DNA from: an uncultured delta proteobacterium
Lineage (GTDB): Bacteria > Desulfobacterota > Desulfomonilia > Desulfomonilales > Desulfomonilaceae
DNA: 64,000 nt
Assembly (NCBI GenBank): GCA_963789265.1
Contig: CAWBKB010000005.1
Location: forward strand, 96,001-160,000
Reading direction: 5' to 3'
Part shown: positions 19,948 through 29,694 of the stretch, piece by piece
How positions within the stretch are numbered: the first letter of the stretch is position 1
How the letters are laid out: each line of letters begins with the position of its first letter
Program-made: the position numbers and the translations under genes
The notes under the pieces: generated by a model
Told to the model about the DNA's origin: nothing
Databases searched by the model: none
Seen by the model: only the letters and a program-made list of their open reading frames with translations

Positions 19948-22764
19948 ATGATTGGCAAAGGGCTTGTCGGTAAATTGTTTTTCTCGATCTTCTTTCTAAT
20001 TCCATTAGTAATGGTTCTCGAAGTTCCTGTGTTCATGGCCGGTGCAACGCTCGGCACTTATATGGTTTTTTCGCGTAATCTGCCGGAAATTCCAAAATTG
20101 GCCGCGTACCAGCCCAGGACGGTATCGACATTTTATGCCGACGACGGCACGGTAATCGGGACTTTTTTTAAGGAGAAGCGGTTCGTCGTCGATCTTGCTC
20201 AAATACCCCCTCATGTTATTAACGCGTTTCTCGCCTCGGAAGATGCCAGATTCTTTGAGCATTCCGGTGTCGACTGGCTCGGCCTCGTGCGGGCCACGGT
20301 CCGTAACCTGAAGGCCGGCAGGATAACGCAAGGCGGCAGCACTATAACTATGCAAGTGACTCGAAACTTTCTTCTCACCCGAGAAAGGAGGTTCTCACGT
20401 AAAATTAGGGAGATAATCCTTGCTTTGCAGTTGGAGAAAGTTTGGGGCAAGAAAAAGATTCTTTACGTTTATCTCAACGAAATTTATCTGGGCGAGGGCT
20501 CTTATGGTGTGGAAGCGGCGGCCCGAACTTACTTCGGCAAACCGGTGGAACATCTGACTATAGCGGAGGCCGCGCTGATCGCCGGATTGGTGGCCGGCCC
20601 GGCTCGTTTCAACCCCTTCAAGAACGAGGCACTCGCCCGGCAAAAGCAGGCGACAGTGTTGGGACGTATGCTTCGAGCAGGGTTCATCACGGAAGATCAG
20701 TACCAGAAGGCCAAGGCTGAACCGCTCCATTTCAATAGAGAAGTGACCAAGCCGTTTGATTTGGTTCCCGACTTTACGGAAGCTGTACGGCGCTACATCA
20801 TAAGCAAGTACGGCGAACACAAGCTTTATAACGAGGGACTAAAAGTTTTCACCACATGCCGGATCGATTATCAGCGCAATGCCCTGCAAGCAATGGAGAA
20901 GGGGCTGGCTGAGGTTAGAAGTCGTCAAAAGCACTTGGCCATTCTGAGAAGCGTCCCCACAAATGAGATTTCCGACCTGCTTCAAAAGCGGAAGACCCCC
21001 GAGCTGCAGGAAGGCAAAATCTATCAGGGCGTTGTTTTGAAGGTGTTGGGGCGAAAGGGCAAGCAAACAAATCTTTACGTTGCGTTGAGCAAACGCTTGA
21101 AGGGGATCGTGCGTGTTAACGAGCCTAACCCGGTATACAGGGTCGGCAATGTGTTGGCGCTAAGATTCGCGGGGTTCGTCGACAAAAGGCCCCTCTTTAA
21201 TCCGGATAATAACCCGAAGCTCCAAGGGGCTCTCGTTTGCATAGAAAACCGGACCGGCTACGTCCGCGCGCTGGTTGGGGGAGCCACAGGACAGGCCTTT
21301 CAATTCAATAGGGCGACACAGGCAAGACGCCAACCGGGCAGCGCATTCAAACCCGTCATTTATTCGGCAGCTATTGAGGATAAGAGCTACAGCCCGGCAA
21401 CAATAATTGTGGACGAACCGATAGTTGTGGATTTCGAAGTAGAGGGTGAGGAATGGGAACCGAGAAACGCCGGAGGCCGCTTCCTGGGACCGCTCAGCCT
21501 GCGCCGCGCCTTGGAACTCTCGCGCAATATTTGCACGATAAAACTCTTAATGGATGTGGGTTTCGATCCTGTCATAAACATGGCCAGACGCATGGGAATT
21601 ACTGCGCACCTGGGTCGAAATCTGTCTCTGAGTCTGGGAACTTCAGAGTTGAGCCTCTATGAGCTCACGTCAGCCTACACGGTGTTCCCAAACAGCGGAG
21701 TTCATGTTGAGCCGGTCCTGGTAAAACGCATAGAGGATCGGTATGGAAATGTGCTCGAAGACAACACTGAGATCCCGTTGCTCAAGGAGTCCGAGATTCC
21801 TCACCCGGTTCCCCGGGAAGAATTCAGGACCGTTCCCATAGCGCATACAGGACCGCAGCGTTATCAGGAAGACGAGAATCAAACGATCGCGGCTGAGCAT
21901 TCCCCTGGCTACCCGTCACAACAATCAAATACCGGGCCCAATCAGACGGCCTCGCAGACGCCATCCTCAGAGACAGGGCCTTCAACGCTTCGCCCAAGAC
22001 GGGTCAGCGCAGCCATGTCTCCGCAAACTGCATATATTATGACTTCGCTTCTTCAAGGAGGGGTAAGGGAAGGGACCGGCGCCCGTATGGTGCAATATGT
22101 AAAACGTAGGGATCTGGCGGGCAAGACCGGCACTACGAACAACGCCGAAGATACATGGTTTATGGGATTCAGTCCTGACTTCACTACCGGCGTTTGGGTA
22201 GGATTCGATGAAAAGAGACCGCTGGGAAGCAGAGAGGAGGGGGCCCGTGCCGCCCTGCCCGTCTGGGGGTACTTTATGAGAGGAGTACTGGGAAATACAC
22301 CTCAGAAAGAGTTTCCCGTGCCGCCGGACATAACCTTCAAAGACATGATCACCTTCACTGGCAACCCGAAGGAAGGATTCTCTCCGAAGATGGTGCGGGA
22401 GCCCGTCTACACACCCTTTGTAGGCAAGACACTTGTTTTGTGCCCGCTTGACACGCCGGAATCTCTGGCCGTGTACCGGGTGGCTCTTCCCGGCTTACCG
22501 GCCGCTCCGCCCGAATACGACTATCAACCAGCCGGCCAACCCCAACTTCAGCCCGCGCCGCCGCCGTTGCAGCCGGGGACTATGCCGCCCGCACATCCTA
22601 TGGACGGTAGGAACCTGTTTCCGCAACAGGCACCACCAGTGCAAAATCCGTCTCCGGATCGACCGGCCGGAGAGGTGGGCGCGGCCCTTGCTCCCCGAGC
22701 CGAATACCTTTCAGATCAGGAAACTCCGGTTCGCCCATCAATGGGCAATCCCCGCCGCGCCTAG
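19948..22764 (+). CDS. mrcA: Class A penicillin-binding protein (PBP1A family)
   Basis: Transglycosylase EDARF, QGGSTITMQ, RKIRE; transpeptidase SAFK, SRN, KTGT; Pro-rich tail. Confidence 0.9.
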   Translation: MIGKGLVGKLFFSIFFLIPLVMVLEVPVFMAGATLGTYMVFSRNLPEIPKLAAYQPRTVSTFYADDGTVIGTFFKEKRFVVDLAQIPPHVINAFLASEDARFFEHSGVDWLGLVRATVRNLKAGRITQGGSTITMQVTRNFLLTRERRFSRKIREIILALQLEKVWGKKKILYVYLNEIYLGEGSYGVEAAARTYFGKPVEHLTIAEAALIAGLVAGPARFNPFKNEALARQKQATVLGRMLRAGFITEDQYQKAKAEPLHFNREVTKPFDLVPDFTEAVRRYIISKYGEHKLYNEGLKVFTTCRIDYQRNALQAMEKGLAEVRSRQKHLAILRSVPTNEISDLLQKRKTPELQEGKIYQGVVLKVLGRKGKQTNLYVALSKRLKGIVRVNEPNPVYRVGNVLALRFAGFVDKRPLFNPDNNPKLQGALVCIENRTGYVRALVGGATGQAFQFNRATQARRQPGSAFKPVIYSAAIEDKSYSPATIIVDEPIVVDFEVEGEEWEPRNAGGRFLGPLSLRRALELSRNICTIKLLMDVGFDPVINMARRMGITAHLGRNLSLSLGTSELSLYELTSAYTVFPNSGVHVEPVLVKRIEDRYGNVLEDNTEIPLLKESEIPHPVPREEFRTVPIAHTGPQRYQEDENQTIAAEHSPGYPSQQSNTGPNQTASQTPSSETGPSTLRPRRVSAAMSPQTAYIMTSLLQGGVREGTGARMVQYVKRRDLAGKTGTTNNAEDTWFMGFSPDFTTGVWVGFDEKRPLGSREEGARAALPVWGYFMRGVLGNTPQKEFPVPPDITFKDMITFTGNPKEGFSPKMVREPVYTPFVGKTLVLCPLDTPESLAVYRVALPGLPAAPPEYDYQPAGQPQLQPAPPPLQPGTMPPAHPMDGRNLFPQQAPPVQNPSPDRPAGEVGAALAPRAEYLSDQETPVRPSMGNPRRA

Positions 22765-22811
22765 TGCTGGATCGAATCGAGCTTCAGGACAGATCATAGA
22801 CCCACGGCGAG

Positions 22812-22892
22812 GCATTGGGCCGCCTCAGCAGCCCAATGCGAACCCATATTTTCATCAAGCCCCTTCGACGCAGGGCTTTCAATGAAATATGA
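22812..22892 (+). terminator. Tandem hairpins downstream of PBP1A
   Basis: GCATTGGGC..GCCCAATGC (22812-22839) and CATATTT..AAGCCC..GGGCTT..AAATATG (22846-22892). Confidence 0.4.
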
Positions 22893-23067
22893 ATAGAGAT
22901 GTCAGAAGTTGTGATCGTAAGAACCCTGGTTCAGTTGCATATAATGTGTCCTCCTGGTCCCTTCCTCGACGGAAGAAGCGAAGGGTAGGCGAATCGGGAC
23001 ATAGATTTTTGCACTCGGTTCAAATGCTTTACCCGCATCTTCCGGCATATCCAAAGGAGAAGCATAG

Positions 23068-24090
23068 GTGCGTGTGGCTGTAGCCATGAGCGGCGGAGCG
23101 GACAGCTCGACCGTGGCGCTCCTTCTCAAGAGGAAGGGGTTTGACGTCATAGGGCTGCACATGCGCCTGCATGAGCAATCCGACACTACCTGGGCATCGG
23201 CGCAAATAGTCGCGGAGGAGATCCGTGTCCCTCTCCACTTGGTAGATCTTTCTCCGGAATTCCACGAACTTGTGATAAGACCTTTTGTGGCCGCCTATTC
23301 CGAGGGCCTTACTCCGTCGCCCTGCCCGATTTGCAATCGATTCATCAAGTTTGGTTTCCTGCTCGATCAAGCACGAGCTTTGGGTTGTGAGAAGATCGCG
23401 ACAGGGCACTATGCTCGCATCACAAGGATTTCTGACAACCCCGCGCTCTATGCAGGGAAGGACAAGAGTAAAGATCAGTCATATTTCTTGTTCATGCTGA
23501 CGAGGGATATACTAAGAAATGCGATCTTTCCGCTGGGAGATTTCACGAAGGCTCAGGTGAGAGAATTCCTGAAAAGAGCCGGCTTGTCCATTTGGGAATC
23601 GGAGGAATCTCAAGAACTCTGCTTCATATCCAAGGGCGATTATCGAGCCTTTCTTTCGTCCCACGGCATAGAACCCTGTTCGGGGAACATAGTAGATATG
23701 CAAGGAAAGGTTCTAGGAAAGCACAGAGGAATAACAGGTTACACCGTTGGACAACGAAGGGGGCTGGGGATTTGCGGACCCAGGCCACATTACGTGATTC
23801 GAATCGATCCGAGAACACAGACTGTTGTGGTGGGAACAAGAGAAGAGACTTATGTACGATCTTTTCAACTGGGAGGGATGAATTTGCTAAGGTCTTCTCC
23901 TCTGTCTGCGGGTGAAAGATTCCGGGTGAAGGTCCGTTCGACCGCAAAGGCTGTGCTCTCGACCGTGGTCAGCATTTTCGGAGATGCTGCGGAACTCGAG
24001 TTTGACGAGCCCCAGTCAGGAATCGCTTCCGGCCAGGCCGCGGTCTTCTATTCAGAAGATAGAGTGGTGGGAGGAGGATGGATAAAATAG
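23068..24090 (+). CDS. mnmA: tRNA 2-thiouridine(34) synthase
   Basis: AMSGGADS, PCPICNRFIKF, ATGHY, KDQSYFL, ESQELCF, YTVGQRRGL, GQAAVFY. Confidence 0.95.
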   Translation: MRVAVAMSGGADSSTVALLLKRKGFDVIGLHMRLHEQSDTTWASAQIVAEEIRVPLHLVDLSPEFHELVIRPFVAAYSEGLTPSPCPICNRFIKFGFLLDQARALGCEKIATGHYARITRISDNPALYAGKDKSKDQSYFLFMLTRDILRNAIFPLGDFTKAQVREFLKRAGLSIWESEESQELCFISKGDYRAFLSSHGIEPCSGNIVDMQGKVLGKHRGITGYTVGQRRGLGICGPRPHYVIRIDPRTQTVVVGTREETYVRSFQLGGMNLLRSSPLSAGERFRVKVRSTAKAVLSTVVSIFGDAAELEFDEPQSGIASGQAAVFYSEDRVVGGGWIK

Positions 24091-24268
24091 ACCGCTTGGA
24101 GCGACCGCATGGAAGATTTGAACTTTGAACCGCTGCATCATACACGGTCTCTCCAAGACCAAACTAGGACGACACTTTGATGCCATATTGCCTTCCAACG
24201 GGTAACAAAAAATCGGCGTGGCCCATTGAAGACATTAGCACCGGCCTGCTGGTCGAGAGGGATTATTA

Positions 24269-25138
24269 ATGGCGAAAGCTCTGCACGAGCCGCTTCTTGA
24301 ACAAAAAGAGCATCGACTAAGGGAAACGATCCGGAAAATCGTTGCGGCCGCCGGTGGAGGGCGAGTGTTCATCGGCTTTTCCGGCGGTCTGGATTCAAGT
24401 CTGCTACTATGGGAGAGCGTCCAAGCGCTTGGGCAGGACAGGATCACGGCCGTAACCGCAACCTCTCCCACCTCCATACCGGAAGAAGAGGAATCAGCCC
24501 GAAGATTCGCGTCGGACCTTCACGTGAGACATCTCGTGGTCCCCACGAACGAATGTGACGATTCGGCATTTATGAGCAATCCGGCGGATCGCTGCTACCA
24601 TTGCAAGCATATCCGCTTCACCTTGATGAAGGAGTTATCCGAACAGATTCCGGGTTCGGTTGTATTCGACGGCACCCAAAGCGATGATTCACCCAGAGAT
24701 CGTCCCGGCATTCGAGCCTTGACGGAACTGGGCATATTAAGTCCACTGGCTCAGGCGGAAATCGGCAAAAAGGAAGTGAGGGGCCTGCTGAGAAAAGCGG
24801 GTTTTTCCCGCCTTGCGGAAAAAAGCGCGCAACCCTGTCTCGCTACCCGCATTCCCACGGGGAATGCCATTACCTTGGAAGCCCTCGAGACCATTCGTCA
24901 GGGCGAGTCCTTTCTGAAAAAGTGCGGTTTGGCGACAGTTCGATTACGGCACCACCAAGGTTTGGCACGAATCGTCACAGACAGCACCGGCCTCCGTATG
25001 ATTATTACGACAGATGAGCTGAGGCGGCAAATATTGGAGAAGCTCAAAAGTCTGGGATATGGCCATGTGACTCTTGACTTGGAAGAGTACGGGAAAATTG
25101 AGGTCTCCTCTAGTTCCGGCAATCATCTCTATGCTTGA
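24269..25138 (+). CDS. larE: LarE-family ATP-dependent sulfur transferase
   Basis: FSGGLDS, NPADRCYHCK, DRPG, PCLATRIP, VRLRHH. Confidence 0.88.
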   Translation: MAKALHEPLLEQKEHRLRETIRKIVAAAGGGRVFIGFSGGLDSSLLLWESVQALGQDRITAVTATSPTSIPEEEESARRFASDLHVRHLVVPTNECDDSAFMSNPADRCYHCKHIRFTLMKELSEQIPGSVVFDGTQSDDSPRDRPGIRALTELGILSPLAQAEIGKKEVRGLLRKAGFSRLAEKSAQPCLATRIPTGNAITLEALETIRQGESFLKKCGLATVRLRHHQGLARIVTDSTGLRMIITTDELRRQILEKLKSLGYGHVTLDLEEYGKIEVSSSSGNHLYA

Positions 25139-25192
25139 TCTGAACTCGGCAGGGAGGTTACAATAAAATTCGGCTGGAAGGGATAAGGAAAG

Positions 25193-26089
25193 ATGTTTGA
25201 TGACGGCCGATCACGGTCGAAAGTAAATTGGCATGAGATACCCACACTCAAAGCCCCTATCTTGGTGGCGGGCTTCCGAGGATGGGCCGATGCCGCAAGT
25301 GTTTCCAGCGACACCCTCCAGTTCTTGATGGACATGCTCAAGCCGCAAACGGCAGCAACTATTAGCGATGAGCCCTTTGTTCATTATACGACAGACCGCC
25401 CCATCGCGCAGGTAGAAAACGGGATTATTCATGAATTGGAGACGATGATTACCGAACTTTTCTACTGGATCAATGTCGACGGGGACCACGATCTACTCTT
25501 GTTGCTCGCACGAGAACCCAATTTAAACTGGCTCACCTATGCTGATGGCGTTGTGGATATTATCCGGAGGTTTAACATATTTAGACTTTATACCGTCGGA
25601 GGAGTTCAGGACACAATTTCGCATTCCGGTCCGGTAGCTGTATCGGTGGTCGGTTCCAGCCCCTCTGTGGTGACAGAAGTTGTCGCGCTCGAACAAGGAA
25701 TTCGTGCCGCCGAATACTACGGACCGGTGAGTATCCATTCCTATTTGATACGGGCATGTGCGGAAGCGGCAATGGAAGCGGTCAGCCTGTGGGGTCATGT
25801 TCCTGCCTACCTTCAGAAGAGTCCTAGAGTGGTAGCCAAGATAGTGTCCATCCTGAATAAGGCCGTAGGCATGAACTGTTCCATAGAAATATTGAAGCAA
25901 AAATCTCTTGAACTGGACCGCAAAATAAATGAGGCTCTCGCCAAAGACCCCGACCTGAAACATCTGGTAGAGCACATGGAGGAGAACAACTACACCGGCG
26001 CTTCACTGGAGGGGGATGACAAAGTGATCAGCATGAACGATTTCTTGCGAAGGGACCCTCGAAAGGCTCCTGAACCGCAAGGGGGATGA
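25193..26089 (+). CDS. PAC2 (proteasome assembly chaperone) family protein
   Basis: GFRGWADAA, EPNLNW, YYGP and SLWGHVPAYL motifs. Confidence 0.8.
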   Translation: MFDDGRSRSKVNWHEIPTLKAPILVAGFRGWADAASVSSDTLQFLMDMLKPQTAATISDEPFVHYTTDRPIAQVENGIIHELETMITELFYWINVDGDHDLLLLLAREPNLNWLTYADGVVDIIRRFNIFRLYTVGGVQDTISHSGPVAVSVVGSSPSVVTEVVALEQGIRAAEYYGPVSIHSYLIRACAEAAMEAVSLWGHVPAYLQKSPRVVAKIVSILNKAVGMNCSIEILKQKSLELDRKINEALAKDPDLKHLVEHMEENNYTGASLEGDDKVISMNDFLRRDPRKAPEPQGG

Positions 26090-26115
26090 CTCTTTCAAGA
26101 CAAGTGTAAAGGCCC

Positions 26116-27120
26116 ATGAAGTCGAGTAACTACGCCATAGAGATTATTCCCGATCTGACTATAGACGATAAGTACGCAGCAATTATAGAACAAGCTTTGA
26201 GCCGCATTGACTCATTTGCCACTAATGCGCTTCGGGACAATCGCATAGGTGAATTATTCGTGTTGAAGAAGAGCCGTATAGACGATTCCGGCGCTGCCAA
26301 CATTCTACAGGCAAAGGGGCGCCTAATGGTGGGGTTTCAGTTTGAGGTCCGCGCTGACTCCCCGGAAGACAACTTCCGTATCTATGCGAAAAAGTTGACG
26401 GATAACGGCAAAACTATCAAGTTCTACCTGACTCCTACGGTGCAACAGATTATGTTGCAATTGGTGTCACTGGAAGATCGTCGAACTGTGGCCATCTTTT
26501 CGATGCTTAACAGCTCAATGGAAGTAGGTTACCGCATTCTTTCGACGTTATACGGCAATCAGCTTCGCAGGTTGGTCGAACGGTCTCCCTCCTTCTTGAC
26601 GGAAACCCTGCTGCGAAAGCTGCAAAAACTCGCTGTGGCAAGGCCGGACGACGATTCGGATTTGTGGAAACATTCTGATGATCGTGTGGTTCCCGTATCC
26701 GGCGTACCAACCGGAAATCGACCGGGATCTCAGGACAACATACTTCAGGTATTGGCTGACGACAGTACTTTCGATGAAATAAATCAGTATGTTTCAAATA
26801 TTATATCGAAAAGCGACCATATTCGGGAAAAGTGGTTAATGCTCCAGGAAAATCCCGACATGCCCCGAGAGGAAATCTACGAGCAGATGGTGCGTGAAGA
26901 TCTCGATCAGCTTGAAAACTGCTATGCACGCGTACATGTTTATCTGAAAGCTTTTTACAAGAATAAGGATCGAAGGCTACCAGGGCAAAACAGAGTGTTG
27001 AGACAATTCTTTGCCGGTCAAATTGAAAGAATTATCGGCGAAACCGGGCTCTTGGAAGATTTGCTTTCATTAAACCGGAATGAGTATTTCAGGAACATAG
27101 CCCGCCACAAAGAATTGTAG
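26116..27120 (+). CDS. Hypothetical protein (334 aa)
   Basis: Long ORF co-oriented 26 bp after PAC2; no motif recognised. Confidence 0.7.
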   Translation: MKSSNYAIEIIPDLTIDDKYAAIIEQALSRIDSFATNALRDNRIGELFVLKKSRIDDSGAANILQAKGRLMVGFQFEVRADSPEDNFRIYAKKLTDNGKTIKFYLTPTVQQIMLQLVSLEDRRTVAIFSMLNSSMEVGYRILSTLYGNQLRRLVERSPSFLTETLLRKLQKLAVARPDDDSDLWKHSDDRVVPVSGVPTGNRPGSQDNILQVLADDSTFDEINQYVSNIISKSDHIREKWLMLQENPDMPREEIYEQMVREDLDQLENCYARVHVYLKAFYKNKDRRLPGQNRVLRQFFAGQIERIIGETGLLEDLLSLNRNEYFRNIARHKEL

Positions 27121-27375
27121 TGGCCTGCTCTACAATAGCATCGTTCATGGCTCGTCTATCGCGCATCGTAGCCCCCGGCTATCCCCACCGAATGGCACAG
27201 CGTCGCGTCTGCAAAATGGACGTGTTCCGTTGTGAGGTGGATCGCTGCGAGCATCCCGGGATGCTCGGCGAAGAAATCGTGTTGAATGAAAGCTGGTCGG
27301 CCCGGACCTGGGCACGGGTGACCTCGAAGGCTCGGAAGCGCCTGTCGTGAAAAAACGTCATTATGCCCCCCGAAT
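27119..27375 (+). mobile_element. Decayed, internally deleted RAYT-like (Y1 HUH) transposase remnant, copy 1
   Basis: ATG at 27147 gives MARLSRIVAPGYPHRMAQRRVCKMDVF, resembling the RAYT N-terminus (MARL.R...PG.PHH..QRG); similar to 28651-28755. Confidence 0.6.
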
Positions 27376-27424
27376 GTCTCTCGAATACCCGATGGAACAC
27401 ACCCTTTGTAAGGAGATCGATTTC

Positions 27425-28537
27425 ATGTCACTGTTTGAGCCATTTCAAATAAAGAATCTGAAAATCCCGAACCGGTTCGTTCGTTCAGCCACTTACGACG
27501 GCAGCGCTGGTAAGAATGGGCGGGTCTCCGAACGCCAGATGAACCTCTATAAGGAACTCGCTCTGGGCAAGGTTGGGTTAATTGTCACAGGTATTGCCTT
27601 CGTTCATGCGGCGGGTCGGATCTCGCCAACTCAGAATTCTATAGCCTATGACGATGATATTGCAGGGCTTTCTCGATTGACTCGAATGGTTCATGATCTG
27701 GGCGCCAAGATTGCCCTCCAGGTTTTTCACGCAGGCCGAGAGGCAGGCAAGATTTACCGAAAGCGGCCTGCCTTGGCACCATCCTTTGTGGCGGATGATC
27801 CTTTATTTACCGCGCCTCATCGTAGTATGGACGAGGATGAAATTAAGCAAGTCATCGAGGCATTCGGAGACGCAGCCGGACGGGCCCGAGCAGCGGGTTT
27901 TGATGCGGTTCAGATACACGGCGCTCATGCTTACCTGTTGAGCCAATTCCTTTCTCCTTTCACGAATCGCCGTGAGGACAAATGGGGAGGCACACTCGAG
28001 AATCGGCTCCGTCTACATCGCGAAATCATTCGAGCCATACGATCAAAAGTAGGCATGGATTACCCAGTTTTCATGAAGCTTGGGCTTGAAGACTGTTTCA
28101 ACGGCGGACTGGAATTCCAGGAAGGACTGGCGGCCGCAGAGATACTAGCCCGCGACGGTTTGGATGCTATAGAGATCAGCTCGGGGCTGCGAGGACGGGG
28201 CTACAAGCATACTGAATTCCGTACCGGGATCAACCGCTCTGACCGCGAAGGCTATTTCAGGGACTGGTGCCGTCAAGTAAAATCGAGAGTGAACATTCCG
28301 GTCATTATGGTTGGGGGCTTAAGGTCTTTTGACGTGGTCGAAGGAGTCGTGCGAGACGGGATCGCGGATCTGGTATCCTTGAGTCGGCCGCTTATCCGAG
28401 AGCCGAACCTTGTTGCTCGGTGGAAGGAAGGCGACCGGACGCGGGCGACGTGCATTTCGTGCAATCGCTGTATGGATGCGCTCCTGGAAGCCAAACCGTT
28501 CGGCTGCTATTATAAACCGGAAGCCAAAGCCGATTGA
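27425..28537 (+). CDS. NADH:flavin oxidoreductase (Old Yellow Enzyme family)
   Basis: AAGGAG then MSLFEP; NRFVRSAT, GFDAVQIHGAHAYLLSQFLSP, CISCNRC. Confidence 0.92.
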   Translation: MSLFEPFQIKNLKIPNRFVRSATYDGSAGKNGRVSERQMNLYKELALGKVGLIVTGIAFVHAAGRISPTQNSIAYDDDIAGLSRLTRMVHDLGAKIALQVFHAGREAGKIYRKRPALAPSFVADDPLFTAPHRSMDEDEIKQVIEAFGDAAGRARAAGFDAVQIHGAHAYLLSQFLSPFTNRREDKWGGTLENRLRLHREIIRAIRSKVGMDYPVFMKLGLEDCFNGGLEFQEGLAAAEILARDGLDAIEISSGLRGRGYKHTEFRTGINRSDREGYFRDWCRQVKSRVNIPVIMVGGLRSFDVVEGVVRDGIADLVSLSRPLIREPNLVARWKEGDRTRATCISCNRCMDALLEAKPFGCYYKPEAKAD

Positions 28538-28650
28538 TCGTGCCTGGTTGGGCGAAGCTGGGCAAATCATGGCCAAATAGTTCCCATAATGATCAATCAG
28601 GTACCCCCCAAAAAGAATTAGGTAGACCCAATACCGATTTCTTATTGCCA

Positions 28651-28850
28651 AGTGACCTGCTCTCCAATAACATCCTTATATGGCTCGTCTATCGCGCTTC
28701 TTAGTCCTTGGCTATCCCCACAATATGGTGCAGCGTCGCGTTCACTCGATGGACGCGCGATCTGAGTACGGGGCGACCTAGAAGGCAGTGGAAGCTACCC
28801 CTAAGAAACGGCATCTTATTCCTCGGACACCCCATGTCGTCTCGGACCGC
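28651..28850 (+). mobile_element. Decayed RAYT-like transposase remnant, copy 2
   Basis: MARLSRFLVLGYPHNMVQRRVHSMD from 28680, followed directly by a C-terminus-like RDLSTGRPRR segment; direct repeat of copy 1. Confidence 0.55.
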
Positions 28851-28873
28851 CTTTGACGGGATTGAAGTTGCAA

Positions 28874-29407
28874 ATGAAGATTTTTGCACGCATCGCAGTA
28901 ATAGTGGCTGTGCTCATTATCGTAACGTTTGCAATTCTAATGATATGGGCAAACTACAGGGCCCAACCTCTCCCCGCTAACGCACGAGCCGATAAAATCC
29001 TGGTTTACAAGTCGCAACATCGCCTGATCTTGCTTCAACAAGGCAAGCCATTAAAGATTTACCATATAGCGTTGGGACCCAACCAGGTCGGGCATAAAGA
29101 GCGTGAAGGAGACGGTAGAACCCCCGAAGGCTTATACCGGATTGATTTTCACAAGCGCAACAGCACTTTCCACAGGGCTTTGCACATCTCGTATCCAAAT
29201 GCGCGCGATATTCAGCGTGCCGGGGGCAGAGGTGTAGATCCAGGTGGCGCCATCATGATTCACGGCTTGGGAAAGCGCTTAGGTTGGTTCGATAATCTGC
29301 ATTATTTGGTCGACTGGACAGCCGGTTGCATTGCGGTGACCAATTCCGAGATTGAAGAACTCTGGCGAGCCGTACCAGACGGCACCCCAGTCGAGATAAG
29401 ACCATAG
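28874..29407 (+). CDS. L,D-transpeptidase (YkuD family)
   Basis: GDGRTPEG, ISYPN, IMIHG, WTAGCIAV. Confidence 0.9.
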   Translation: MKIFARIAVIVAVLIIVTFAILMIWANYRAQPLPANARADKILVYKSQHRLILLQQGKPLKIYHIALGPNQVGHKEREGDGRTPEGLYRIDFHKRNSTFHRALHISYPNARDIQRAGGRGVDPGGAIMIHGLGKRLGWFDNLHYLVDWTAGCIAVTNSEIEELWRAVPDGTPVEIRP

Positions 29408-29694
29408 GTACCTGGCCGACGAACCAATCAGACAGGCTACCGCACAAATTCACAAGACAAAACGGCATTGTGTCTCCCGAAAACACCCTCGCCCTACCAA
29501 CAGAATCAGAATTCTTTACCTCCAATTTAATATATGGCACATAATTCGGGGGCAGGCCACCGGCATGATGGAGCCTCATCCACCTTGAGACCCCGTTGAA
29601 GGCTGGAATCTCTATCGTTCATTTGACCGTTCTCTCAGATGAGCGACATTGTCAATCTCAGAAGTCAAAAAGCGAGAGCGTGGAAGGAGCCGTT

